DNA from: Deltaproteobacteria bacterium
GTDB lineage: Bacteria > Myxococcota_A > UBA9160 > SMWR01
DNA length: 54,171 nt
NCBI GenBank assembly: GCA_032128375.1
Contig: JAQBGU010000225.1
Span: 1 to 54,171 of the forward strand
Direction of reading: 5' to 3'
Below are positions 29,643 through 38,473 of the stretch, one piece after another. The notes below the pieces were generated by a model that saw nothing but the letters and a program-made list of their open reading frames with translations, had not been told where the DNA came from and searched no databases. The position numbers and the translations under genes are program-made. Numbering within the stretch: position 1 is the stretch's first letter; each line of letters starts with the position of its first letter.

Positions 29643-31826
29643 ATGCCCAATTATTGGTTCAAATCAGAAACAGTCAGCATGGAGCTGGGCGGTCGGCAAC
29701 TGACGATCGAAACCGGCCGTCTGGCCAAGCAGGCCCATGGTGCATGCGTGGTCACCTACGGCGAAACCACTGTTCTTGCGACCGTGACTCACGGAGAGCC
29801 TCGCGCCGGAATCGACTTCTTTCCTCTCACAGTAGACTTCGTCGAGAAGACTTCAGCTGCCGGCAAGATTCCCGGTGGGTTCTTCAAGCGCGAAGCGCGC
29901 CTGTCGGACCGCGAAGTCCTGGTGTGTCGCTTCATCGATCGATCGATCCGTCCGCTGTTCACCGACGGCTACAACGATGACACCATGGTGATGATCACCG
30001 TGCTGTCAGCCGATGGCGACAACCAGCCGGACATTCCGGCCTTCATCGGCGCGTCTTGTGCGCTGGCGATTTCTGAGATTCCGTTCATGGGCCCGATCGC
30101 GGCGGTCCGTCTGGGCCGCGTGGATGGCGAGTTGATCGTCAACCCGAACCGTGAACAATCCGAAGCAAGCGACCTCGACCTGGTCGTTGCCGGCAGCCGC
30201 AAGGCGTTGGTGATGGTCGAAGGCGGCGCCGACGTCGTTGCGGAAGACGAGATCCTCGCCGCGCTGAAGTTCGGGCACTCGGAAGTGATTCGCGCGATCG
30301 ACATGCAGGAAGAGCTACAACGGAAGGTCGGCAAGCAGAAGCTGGCACCGATCGCGGCCCCCGATCTCAGCGAGACGGAGGGCCAGATTCGCGCGCGCGC
30401 GGGAGACCGGCTCGATACCGCTTCCCGAATCAAAGAAAAGAAAGAACGCAGTGCCGCGATCAAAGAAATCGAAAGAGAAGTACTCCATGGCTTCATGGAT
30501 GCCTATCGCAGCGAAAAGACCGCACTCGACAGTCTCGAGGCTGTCGACGCACGGCGCGACGGGGAAAAGAAGCTGCGGGGCGACGTGAAGGGGATCTTGC
30601 ACGACCTCCGCTCGGAGTGTGTGCGCAACCGGATTCTCGAAAGTGGAGAGCGGATGGATGGTCGCGGGACGTCCGATATCCGACAGATCGCGTGCGAACT
30701 GCGGGTCGTACCCAGGCCGCACGGAGTCGCCCTGTTCACGCGTGGCGAAACCCAGGCGTTGGTGACTACCACCCTTGGTGGAAAGTTCGATGAGCAGACG
30801 ATCGACGCGCTGACGGAGCGCACTTCGAAGCCGTTCTACCTGCACTACAACTTTCCCGGTTACTCGACTGGCGAAGTGCGCCCGAACCGAGGTCCGGGGC
30901 GCCGGGAAGTCGGGCACGGAAATCTGGCTGAGCGAGCCATCAGGCCGGTACTTCCCGATCGTGCGGACTTCCCGTACACGATTCGCATCGTCTCGGAGAC
31001 GTTGGAATCGAACGGTTCGTCTTCGATGGCCGCGATCTGCGGGGGGTCGCTCTCGTTGATGGATGCCGGTGTGCCGATCAAGGCGCCAGTGGCCGGGATC
31101 GCGATGGGGCTGATCACCGACGGGGAGCGAACGGCGGTGCTGTCCGACATCCTCGGCGATGAAGACCACCTGGGCGACATGGATTTCAAGGTGGCTGGTA
31201 CGGCAGACGGCATCACTGCATTGCAGATGGATATCAAGATCCCGAGCGTCGACTGGGACGTCATGAAAAGGGCGCTCGCGCAGGCGAGAGAAGGGCGTCT
31301 CCACATCCTCGACTGCATGGCAAGAGAAACCGCAGAGGAGCTACCGGCCTTTGCCTCGCGAAGCGAGCTGTCGCGCTATGCGCCGCGGGTGAGTTCGATC
31401 ATGATCAAGCCAGACCGGATCCGAGACATTATCGGACCAGGAGGCAAGGTGATCCGCGCGATCCAGGAAACGACCGGTACCAAGATCGACATCGAGGATA
31501 CGGGTATCGTTACGATCTTCTCGCCGGACGGCGACGCTCTCGCCCAAGCGCAAGCGATGATCGAAGAGCTCACGCAGGAAGCGGAACTCGATCGTGTCTA
31601 CCTCGGCAAGGTCAAGCGCATCACCGACTTCGGCGCGTTCGTCGAGATCTTCCCCGGCACCGATGGTTTGATCCATATCAGCCACCTCGCCGAAGGGAGG
31701 GTCGACAAGGTCACCGATGTGGTCAGTGAGGGTGATGAAGTGCTTGCCAAGTGCATCGACATCGATCCGTCGGGTCGGATTCGGCTATCGCGCAAGGAGG
31801 CACTGGCGGACGCCGAGTCTGCATAG
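29643..31826 (+). CDS. pnp: Polyribonucleotide nucleotidyltransferase
   Basis: IETGRLAKQA, FFPLTVD, GKIPGGFFKRE, FTRGETQ, ESNGSSSMA and GDMDFKVAG motifs; KH (IIGPGGK) and S1 domains. Confidence 0.98.
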   Translation: MPNYWFKSETVSMELGGRQLTIETGRLAKQAHGACVVTYGETTVLATVTHGEPRAGIDFFPLTVDFVEKTSAAGKIPGGFFKREARLSDREVLVCRFIDRSIRPLFTDGYNDDTMVMITVLSADGDNQPDIPAFIGASCALAISEIPFMGPIAAVRLGRVDGELIVNPNREQSEASDLDLVVAGSRKALVMVEGGADVVAEDEILAALKFGHSEVIRAIDMQEELQRKVGKQKLAPIAAPDLSETEGQIRARAGDRLDTASRIKEKKERSAAIKEIEREVLHGFMDAYRSEKTALDSLEAVDARRDGEKKLRGDVKGILHDLRSECVRNRILESGERMDGRGTSDIRQIACELRVVPRPHGVALFTRGETQALVTTTLGGKFDEQTIDALTERTSKPFYLHYNFPGYSTGEVRPNRGPGRREVGHGNLAERAIRPVLPDRADFPYTIRIVSETLESNGSSSMAAICGGSLSLMDAGVPIKAPVAGIAMGLITDGERTAVLSDILGDEDHLGDMDFKVAGTADGITALQMDIKIPSVDWDVMKRALAQAREGRLHILDCMARETAEELPAFASRSELSRYAPRVSSIMIKPDRIRDIIGPGGKVIRAIQETTGTKIDIEDTGIVTIFSPDGDALAQAQAMIEELTQEAELDRVYLGKVKRITDFGAFVEIFPGTDGLIHISHLAEGRVDKVTDVVSEGDEVLAKCIDIDPSGRIRLSRKEALADAESA

Positions 31827-31832
31827 GTTGCG

Positions 31833-32441
31833 ATGAGCGGTGATCCCCACGCCGTGAAGATTGAGATCGCCCGCCTCGATGAGGCGGGCGATCTTCCGTT
31901 GCCGTCTCGCGCCACCCCTGGTTCGGCCGGCTACGACTTGTGCGCGGCCGTTTCCGAGGCTCTGGTGATCCCGCCGGGCGAACGCGCGCTGGTTCCGACA
32001 GGCTTCTGTATCGCTATTCCCGCAGGCTATGAGGGGCAAATTCGACCGCGCAGCGGCTTGGCACTATCACACGGAATCCTGGTTCCCAACGCACCCGGCA
32101 CGATCGACTCGGACTATCGCGGCGAGTTGAAGATCATCCTGCTAAACACAGACGAGAAGCCGTTTACAGTTCATCGGGGCGATCGGATCGCACAGCTTGT
32201 CGTCGCAGCAGTGGTGTCAGCGGAGTTTCACGAAGTGGCGGAACTGGCCGTGACCAACCGGGGTGAGCGGGGCTTCGGTCACACCGGTCGCGGCTCCCAT
32301 TCAGCTGACGGCTCCCATTCAGCTGACGGCTCCCATTCAGCTGACGGCTCCCATTCAGCTGACGGCTCTCATTCAGCTGACGGCTCCCATTCAGCTGACG
32401 GCTCTGCCCCTTCCCGCGATCCCAAGCGGAGAGTTTCATGA
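31833..32441 (+). CDS. dut: dUTP diphosphatase with GSHSAD-repeat tail
   Basis: SAGYDL, IRPRSGLA, PGTIDSDYRGE, GDRIAQ and RGERGFGHTG (motifs 1-5). Confidence 0.97.
   Translation: MSGDPHAVKIEIARLDEAGDLPLPSRATPGSAGYDLCAAVSEALVIPPGERALVPTGFCIAIPAGYEGQIRPRSGLALSHGILVPNAPGTIDSDYRGELKIILLNTDEKPFTVHRGDRIAQLVVAAVVSAEFHEVAELAVTNRGERGFGHTGRGSHSADGSHSADGSHSADGSHSADGSHSADGSHSADGSAPSRDPKRRVS
32292..32399 (+). repeat. 18-bp tandem repeat x6 (ggctcccattcagctgac)
   Basis: Six units, five identical and one with a single synonymous c>t change; each contains the palindrome TCAGCTGA; encodes (GSHSAD)6. Confidence 0.97.
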
Positions 32442-33412
32442 GTGCGTCCGGCGACTCGAGGGTCACTGAGCCCGTCAGACCTCAGCCTGCAACGCCGATC
32501 GAAGCCCCGACGAAGGCCAAGAGCGACTTGCCGAGCCGCCTGGTGTCGGCCGGCATCCTGATCCCATTGGTCGCCTATGTGATCATTTCGGGTGGGCTAC
32601 CGTTCCTCGCAGTCGTACTCGGGTTGATCTTGCTCGGTCAGCGCGAGTTCTATCGACTGATCGAAGACAAGGGGGCGCATCCCTCGGTCGGTTTTGGCCT
32701 GGGGGCTGGGGCCGCACTGACACTGGTTCAATACTTCGGCAGCGATTATCAGGCCAACCTGCTGATGACCGCAACCCTGCTGATCACGATGATGCTGCAA
32801 CTCGGGAAAGCCGAGATCACGGAAGCGCTGGCCAGCATCTCAGGCACCTTCTTCGGTGTGTTCTATATCGGATGGCTGCTCAGCCATGCGCTCTCGGTAC
32901 GCGCCTTTCATGCGGCCGCTGCTTCGCGATACGGCGATGCCGAGGTCGCCGCGCTGGGAATCGATCCTGATTGTGGAATCTTCCTGATGTTTTTCACACT
33001 GGTCACCGTGATCGGGTGCGATACCGGCGCGTACTTCGGCGGCCGCGTATACGGTAAGCGACCCCTGGCCCCGGCCATCAGCCCGAGCAAGAGCATCGAG
33101 GGGGCGATCGCTGGGGTCCTGTTCAGTTTGGTCTTGGGGTTCGCATGCAAGGGAATCTGCGATTACTTCTGGCCCGAGTTGTCGGCCTCGCTTTCGTGGA
33201 CCGTCGCTGGTGTGTTCGCGTTGCTGCTCGCGGTGGCCGGAATCATCGGCGATTTGATCGAGTCGCTGCTCAAGCGCGACGCGCAGGTCAAGGACGCCGG
33301 CCATCTACTGCCCGGGATGGGTGGAATCCTGGATCGAATCGATTCGAACCTGGTCGGGCTCCCCCTGATGTATTACGGCATGCTCCTATACACCTTCATG
33401 CGAGTTCACTGA
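32438..33412 (+). CDS. cdsA: Phosphatidate cytidylyltransferase
   Basis: DTGAYFGG, ISPSKSIEG and GDLIESLLKR...VKDAG.LLPGMGGILDRIDS signatures; multiple TM helices. Confidence 0.95.
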   Translation: MSASGDSRVTEPVRPQPATPIEAPTKAKSDLPSRLVSAGILIPLVAYVIISGGLPFLAVVLGLILLGQREFYRLIEDKGAHPSVGFGLGAGAALTLVQYFGSDYQANLLMTATLLITMMLQLGKAEITEALASISGTFFGVFYIGWLLSHALSVRAFHAAAASRYGDAEVAALGIDPDCGIFLMFFTLVTVIGCDTGAYFGGRVYGKRPLAPAISPSKSIEGAIAGVLFSLVLGFACKGICDYFWPELSASLSWTVAGVFALLLAVAGIIGDLIESLLKRDAQVKDAGHLLPGMGGILDRIDSNLVGLPLMYYGMLLYTFMRVH

Positions 33413-33415
33413 ACA

Positions 33416-34765
33416 ATGATCGATCGCTACGCCCGCCCCGAGATGAAGGAAATCTGGTCCGAAGATGGCAAGTACCGTCGGTGGCTCGATGTCGAGATCG
33501 CGGTCTGCGAAGAACAAGCCAACCGCGGACTGATTCCGCGCGAAGCCGTCGATGAGATTCGCAACCGCGCCAGCTTCGATGTCGCGCGAATCGATGAGAT
33601 CGAGCAGACGGTCCGCCACGATGTGATTTCGTTTCTGACGGCCGTCGGCGAGCGAATTGGCGATGCATCGCGCTGGGTGCACTTCGGAATGACGTCGAGC
33701 GACGTGATCGATACCGGCATGGCGCTGCAGATTCGCGACGCGGGCCGGCTGCTGATCGCGGGGATCGACCGGATGTGCGCTGTGCTGCGAGCGCGAGCGA
33801 TCGAGTTCCGCGATACCCCCTGCGTGGGTCGCACCCATGGTATCCACGCAGAGCCGACGACGTTTGGGCTGAAGTTGCTGGTCTTCTATGCAGAAATGTG
33901 TCGAAACCGCGGGCGCGTTCGCACGGCATTGGCCGACGCCGCGGTCGGGAAGATCTCAGGCGCGGTCGGCACGTTCGCGCACTTGTCACCCGATCTCGAA
34001 GAGGCCGTCTGCCGTCGATTGGATATCGGCTTCGAACATGCGGCGACCCAGATTGTTCAGCGCGATCGGCACGGCGCGTTCATTTCGGCATTGGCACAGA
34101 CCGCGGCGAGTCTCGAGAAATTCGCGATCGAGTTTCGCCACCTCGCACGCACCGAGGTGCGTGAAGTCGAAGAAGAGTTCGGGAAGGGCCAGAAGGGGTC
34201 GTCTGCGATGCCCCACAAGCGCAACCCCTGGCGGTTCGAGACGGTGACCGGCCTCGCCCGCGTCATGCGCGGCTACGCGATCGCGGCGCTCGAGAACCAG
34301 GCGCTTTGGCATGAGCGCGACATCAGCAACTCGTCCGCCGAGCGGATCATCTTTCCCGACGCGACCGGGCTGTTGGATTTCATGTTGCACCGCCTCGCCG
34401 GCCTGATCGAGACGATGCGGGTCGACCCCGAGCGCATGCGCGCGAATCTCGATCTGACGCGGGGTCTTGCGTTCAGCGGCACGCTGTTACTCGAGTTGAC
34501 CCAGAAGGGCCTGTCGCGCGAGGATGCGTATGCGCTCATCCAAAGTCATGCGATGGATACCTGGGACAAAGGCGGCGACTACCGCGACCGGCTACTGGGC
34601 GATCCAGCCATCACCGACAAGCTCAGCAAAGAGGAAATCGATCGAGCCTTCAGCCTTCGACAATCGCTGCGTCATGTCGGCGCGATCTTCGAGCGCACGC
34701 TCGCTCACGCCGATGGGCCGGCCGATGAACCGCAAGTGAGTCCCCGGAAAGGATCCCAGCCGTGA
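33416..34765 (+). CDS. purB: Adenylosuccinate lyase
   Basis: MIDRY, HFGMTSSD, GRTHGIHAEP and GSSAMPHKRNP motifs. Confidence 0.97.
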   Translation: MIDRYARPEMKEIWSEDGKYRRWLDVEIAVCEEQANRGLIPREAVDEIRNRASFDVARIDEIEQTVRHDVISFLTAVGERIGDASRWVHFGMTSSDVIDTGMALQIRDAGRLLIAGIDRMCAVLRARAIEFRDTPCVGRTHGIHAEPTTFGLKLLVFYAEMCRNRGRVRTALADAAVGKISGAVGTFAHLSPDLEEAVCRRLDIGFEHAATQIVQRDRHGAFISALAQTAASLEKFAIEFRHLARTEVREVEEEFGKGQKGSSAMPHKRNPWRFETVTGLARVMRGYAIAALENQALWHERDISNSSAERIIFPDATGLLDFMLHRLAGLIETMRVDPERMRANLDLTRGLAFSGTLLLELTQKGLSREDAYALIQSHAMDTWDKGGDYRDRLLGDPAITDKLSKEEIDRAFSLRQSLRHVGAIFERTLAHADGPADEPQVSPRKGSQP

Positions 34766-35007
34766 AAGCACTGATTGCAGTCACCCTCAAGCCCGATGTC
34801 CTCGACCCGCAGGGTAAGGCAATCAAGAACGCCAGCGCGTCGCTCGGTTACGATGCCGTCACGAGCGTCCGGCAGGGAAAGCTGTTCGAAATCGATCTCG
34901 ATGCTGACAGCGAACCTGCCGCGCGTGCGCTGCTCGAAGAACTCAGCACCAAACTCCTGTCGAACCCGGTGATCGAAAATTTCGAGATCATGAAAGTCGA
35001 GGGATAG
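34762..35007 (+). CDS. purS: Phosphoribosylformylglycinamidine synthase subunit PurS
   Basis: LKPDVLDPQG, VRQGK and LLSNPVIE motifs. Confidence 0.95.
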   Translation: MKALIAVTLKPDVLDPQGKAIKNASASLGYDAVTSVRQGKLFEIDLDADSEPAARALLEELSTKLLSNPVIENFEIMKVEG

Positions 35008-35017
35008 GTCGAGGCGA

Positions 35018-35770
35018 CTAGCCCTCGCGGACCACCAGTCGATAGCCGAAATCCATTTCGTCGCGCTCCAGTAGATCTCCATTGCGGTCGTGCCACGCGC
35101 CGGATTCGAGGTCATCGGCCAGCGCGCGCAGGCCCGGGGCGAGTTCCGCCTCGCTGCGTTGTGCGAATGTCGAAATGCTGGCCCGAACCGCGGCGTCGAG
35201 GTATCGCTCGGGCCGGCGCCAGTAGGCGGCTTGAAAGCCGTCGCTGCAATCCCACGCGATCGGAACGGGATCGACCCGGTCCGCGCCGATCAGCTCGGCC
35301 ACGCGATCAATGGATGGGTGCCGGCCGTTTTCGAACTCGATGACGGAAGGGAAGTAGTCTCGAATCAGCCACAGCGAAGCCTGGAGTTCGGGGTCGAACG
35401 TGAATAACACGCAGCGTGGCGCGATCCGGCGCATTTCAGCCAATCCCACCTCGATGTCCAGCCAGTGGTGGATTGTCAGGATTCCCATTGCAGCATCGAA
35501 GGCGGCGTCGCGGAAGGGCAATTTTTCGGCGACCCCGCGAACGGTGTTTCCAGCGGCGCGCTGCGAGATCATCGCCGGCGACGGTTCGACCGCAATGACA
35601 TGTCGATCTCCGGGCTCATAGGAACCGGCCCCGGCACCGAGGTTGCACACCGTGCGGGCATCGCCGAGAGCAGCGTGGATGCGCGAGGCAATGCGCGGAT
35701 CTGGCACTCGCTTGCGGGAGTACCCCACTCCGATGCGGTCGTATACCCGGGGGTGAGAAGCCTGGGGCAT
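35018..35770 (-). CDS. Class I SAM-dependent methyltransferase
   Basis: VCNLGAGAGSYE (motif I), AVEPS..MI, AEKLPF.D..FD and TIHHW motifs. Confidence 0.9.
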   Translation of the reverse strand: MPQASHPRVYDRIGVGYSRKRVPDPRIASRIHAALGDARTVCNLGAGAGSYEPGDRHVIAVEPSPAMISQRAAGNTVRGVAEKLPFRDAAFDAAMGILTIHHWLDIEVGLAEMRRIAPRCVLFTFDPELQASLWLIRDYFPSVIEFENGRHPSIDRVAELIGADRVDPVPIAWDCSDGFQAAYWRRPERYLDAAVRASISTFAQRSEAELAPGLRALADDLESGAWHDRNGDLLERDEMDFGYRLVVREG

Positions 35771-35860
35771 GCCTTAGGTTAGCCCGAGACCGGCCGCTTA
35801 TCTCGCTCGATCCTGACTCTCGGTCTGTCAATTCGGCGCGTGCATCAGTATTGTTCCGCA

Positions 35861-36238
35861 ATGGGATTGGACGCCTCCGGCAAGCTTCATGTCATCAGTG
35901 ACGCCCAGCAGGTCACCGAGCGCTTTCGCAAACGCGAGTTCGTCGTCGAGTTGAACGACAACCCGCGTTACCCGCAGTTCGTGCAGTTCCAGTTGACCGG
36001 CGAGCGCTGCGAGAGCCTCGATGGCCTGAATGTGGGCGACGAGGTTCGCGTCGAATTCAGTCTGCGCGGTCGAGAATGGACCAACCCACAGGGCCAGATG
36101 AAGTATTTCAATAGCCTCGATGTGTGGAGGGTCGACCGCATCGGGGCGAGTTCGGGGGCGGGTCCGCGAAGGCGCGAAGAAGAACCGCCGCTCCCTGACG
36201 GTCCGCCGCCCGGTATGGAAGACGACATCGGTTTCTGA
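35861..36238 (+). CDS. DUF3127 family OB-fold protein with SSB-like acidic tip
   Basis: 'FRKREFVVE...YPQFVQFQL.GERC..LD....GDEV.VEFSLRGREW....KYFNSL..W'; ends in EDDIGF. Confidence 0.85.
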   Translation: MGLDASGKLHVISDAQQVTERFRKREFVVELNDNPRYPQFVQFQLTGERCESLDGLNVGDEVRVEFSLRGREWTNPQGQMKYFNSLDVWRVDRIGASSGAGPRRREEEPPLPDGPPPGMEDDIGF

Positions 36239-36307
36239 CCCGGGGTCTCGAGTCAGGCCGGCCCGTTTCCCACCGAGGAAAGATCGAACGACTCCCGAGC
36301 GAACGAA

Positions 36308-37375
36308 CTAGGTCAAGTAGGTAAACCGCGACAATCCGGTCGAAATTCCCGCAGAGGCCATTGCGACGATGACCCGCATCCCGGGTAGAAGTCGCCCCTG
36401 TTCGGCGGCGGCGGCCATCGCCAGCGGGATCGTCGCAGACACCGTGTTGGCGAACTGGTGATGGCTGTAATAACCGATTGACTCATCGAGCCCACACTGG
36501 CGCATTCCGTCGCGTGCCATGCCGTCGCTGGCCGCGTGGAAAAACACGATATCCGGGTCGTAGTCGTGGAACGCGGGGTCCTTGTGGTACTGCTCGACGA
36601 TCTTGTCCAGACCGAATTCCATGATGTCACGTCCGTAGGAGATGAAGCGCATCGGCTCGAGTCGAGCGCCCGCAGCGGCCTGGGTGCCCAGGTAGTCGGC
36701 CCAGTTGGGTAATGGAATCAGGCATTTGTCCCGTTGGTCTCCGAAAGTCCGGAATTCGGTGACGCAGTCGTCATCCCGCTCCGATGCGGCGACAATCGTC
36801 GCCGTCGCGGCCTCTCCAATCGAGTACGCCGGGAACCGATAGTCGAACTCCTCGACCGAACGTATTCGGTAGTCCTCGAAGTTCGCGTTGAATTCGGCGT
36901 TGATGATCATGATGTTGCGATACGCGCCCGATGCGATGAACGAGCGCGCGATATGGGTCGCACGCAACCAACTCGCACAGGCATCCATCACATCGAAACA
37001 GGTCGCGTTCGACAGGCCGAGGAGATCTTGAAACACATTGGCGGTGGCGGGCTCGATGAACCCGCGACCGACGCCAACGTAGATCAGTAGATCGACCTCT
37101 TTGGGGTCCATGTCCGCGTTCGAAAGTGCCCGGCGTCCAGCATCGGTGCACAGCTGAAATGGGCGCTCGGTGTCCGTGCGGGCGAAGCGCACGGTGGTCC
37201 CCATCGCGCGAAACGCGAACCGGAGCAGGCGCAATACCCGCTTGAGCTCGGCCTGTGTCAAATCGGACTGGCTGTCATCGTGGATGCGCTGCAGGATCTC
37301 CTCGTTGGAGATCCTCCGCGATGGCAACACGTATTCGATCGCGCGGTATTGCACGCAAACCGCCTCTTGAACCAT
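36308..37375 (-). CDS. FabH/OleA-like condensing enzyme (3-oxoacyl-ACP synthase III family)
   Basis: RGFIEPATA, FDVMDAC (catalytic Cys), FFHAAS (His), FANTVSATIP (Asn) and C-terminal ASAGIS. Confidence 0.85.
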   Translation of the reverse strand: MVQEAVCVQYRAIEYVLPSRRISNEEILQRIHDDSQSDLTQAELKRVLRLLRFAFRAMGTTVRFARTDTERPFQLCTDAGRRALSNADMDPKEVDLLIYVGVGRGFIEPATANVFQDLLGLSNATCFDVMDACASWLRATHIARSFIASGAYRNIMIINAEFNANFEDYRIRSVEEFDYRFPAYSIGEAATATIVAASERDDDCVTEFRTFGDQRDKCLIPLPNWADYLGTQAAAGARLEPMRFISYGRDIMEFGLDKIVEQYHKDPAFHDYDPDIVFFHAASDGMARDGMRQCGLDESIGYYSHHQFANTVSATIPLAMAAAAEQGRLLPGMRVIVAMASAGISTGLSRFTYLT

Positions 37376-37535
37376 GAACCAGTGAACCCGTACTGGCCAG
37401 CCTTGTGTCCGGCTGGCCGGCCAGCTTTCCGGTACGCCACTCTAACAGGAAAGACCCGCAAAGGCGGATTGCTTGGAGCCGGCCCCATTACAGGGGGCTT
37501 GACTCGAGGGGGCCATTTCGGCGATATGTCACCGT

Positions 37536-38432
37536 GTGAAACGAAGCTGCAAGACGCCGATAAGGGGCCGCGCGACCCAAGCCGCGATTGTGCTCATGAC
37601 TGCAACGTTTGTATCTCTGCCGATTGCGACGGCCTCCGAAAGGCGAGATTCCAACGCGCCAGCCGCCGCAGATGTCGAGGAGGCCATTCCCGAAGGCGGC
37701 TCCCTGACCGGCCGGGAGATCTACGAGCGGTTTCTGGAAAATAAGTTCACCCAGAGTTTCCAGGAGATGCACGTCGAATCGCGAGACCCGGGCGGCAACT
37801 CGCAGACCACCCGCTTTGCGATCAGTCTGCAGGATCACCGCAACGAAGAAGGTGAAGCGACCCATGGCGTCAACGCGAAGATGCTCGTACAGGTATCGGA
37901 CCCTTTCGACATGCGCCACACGGCGTACCTGATGATTGCCAAAAATCCCGGCCCTGATGACGAGTTTGCGTACCGCCCCAGTTCGCGGCGCGTCCAGCGA
38001 GTCGACCTGAAGAATACTTCGCTCCTTGGGACCGACTTTACGTTCAACGACATCGCGCTTCAGAACATTGAGGACGCGGACTACATCCGGCACCCCGATG
38101 AGACGATCGACGGCACTGTAGTGTACGTTGTCGAGGCAAACGTAAAGGAGACGATCGACATCGAGTACCATAAGACGATGTCGTATCTGGAAAAGGAACA
38201 CTACATTCCGCTGCGCACACGCTATTGGGACGATCACGGAGTCGAGGTGAAGGAGATGGCGGCTCCCGTATCGAAGATTCGTGCTTTCGGTGAAACTTGG
38301 GTAGCCACGGAGTCCACGATGACGGACTTGCGCCAGCAAACGAGTTCCTCTCTCTACATCGACACCGTCGACACGGCTCCGAACTTCCATGAGAAGATCT
38401 TCACCGTGTCCCAGCTGTCAAAGGGCCACTGA
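37536..38432 (+). CDS. Exported LolA-like 'outer membrane lipoprotein-sorting' family protein
   Basis: Signal-like N-terminus; 'P.DMRHTAYL...D.FAYRPSSRRVQRV....SLLGTDFTFNDI', 'YWDDHG..VK' and 'MTDLRQQTSS.L' family patterns. Confidence 0.75.
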   Translation: MKRSCKTPIRGRATQAAIVLMTATFVSLPIATASERRDSNAPAAADVEEAIPEGGSLTGREIYERFLENKFTQSFQEMHVESRDPGGNSQTTRFAISLQDHRNEEGEATHGVNAKMLVQVSDPFDMRHTAYLMIAKNPGPDDEFAYRPSSRRVQRVDLKNTSLLGTDFTFNDIALQNIEDADYIRHPDETIDGTVVYVVEANVKETIDIEYHKTMSYLEKEHYIPLRTRYWDDHGVEVKEMAAPVSKIRAFGETWVATESTMTDLRQQTSSSLYIDTVDTAPNFHEKIFTVSQLSKGH

Positions 38433-38473
38433 TAAAGGGCGGCTGATCGACCTCCAGCAGCGAGTCGAGGCCT

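Noticed and set aside
32292..32399. Possible CRISPR array (repeats with an internal palindrome)
   Set aside because: Units are directly adjacent with no spacers, only 18 bp long, in frame inside dut, and no cas genes are present.
34762..35770. purS without adjacent purQ/purL as a sign of disruption
   Set aside because: Split pur clusters are common and there is no insertion scar or mobile-element signature.
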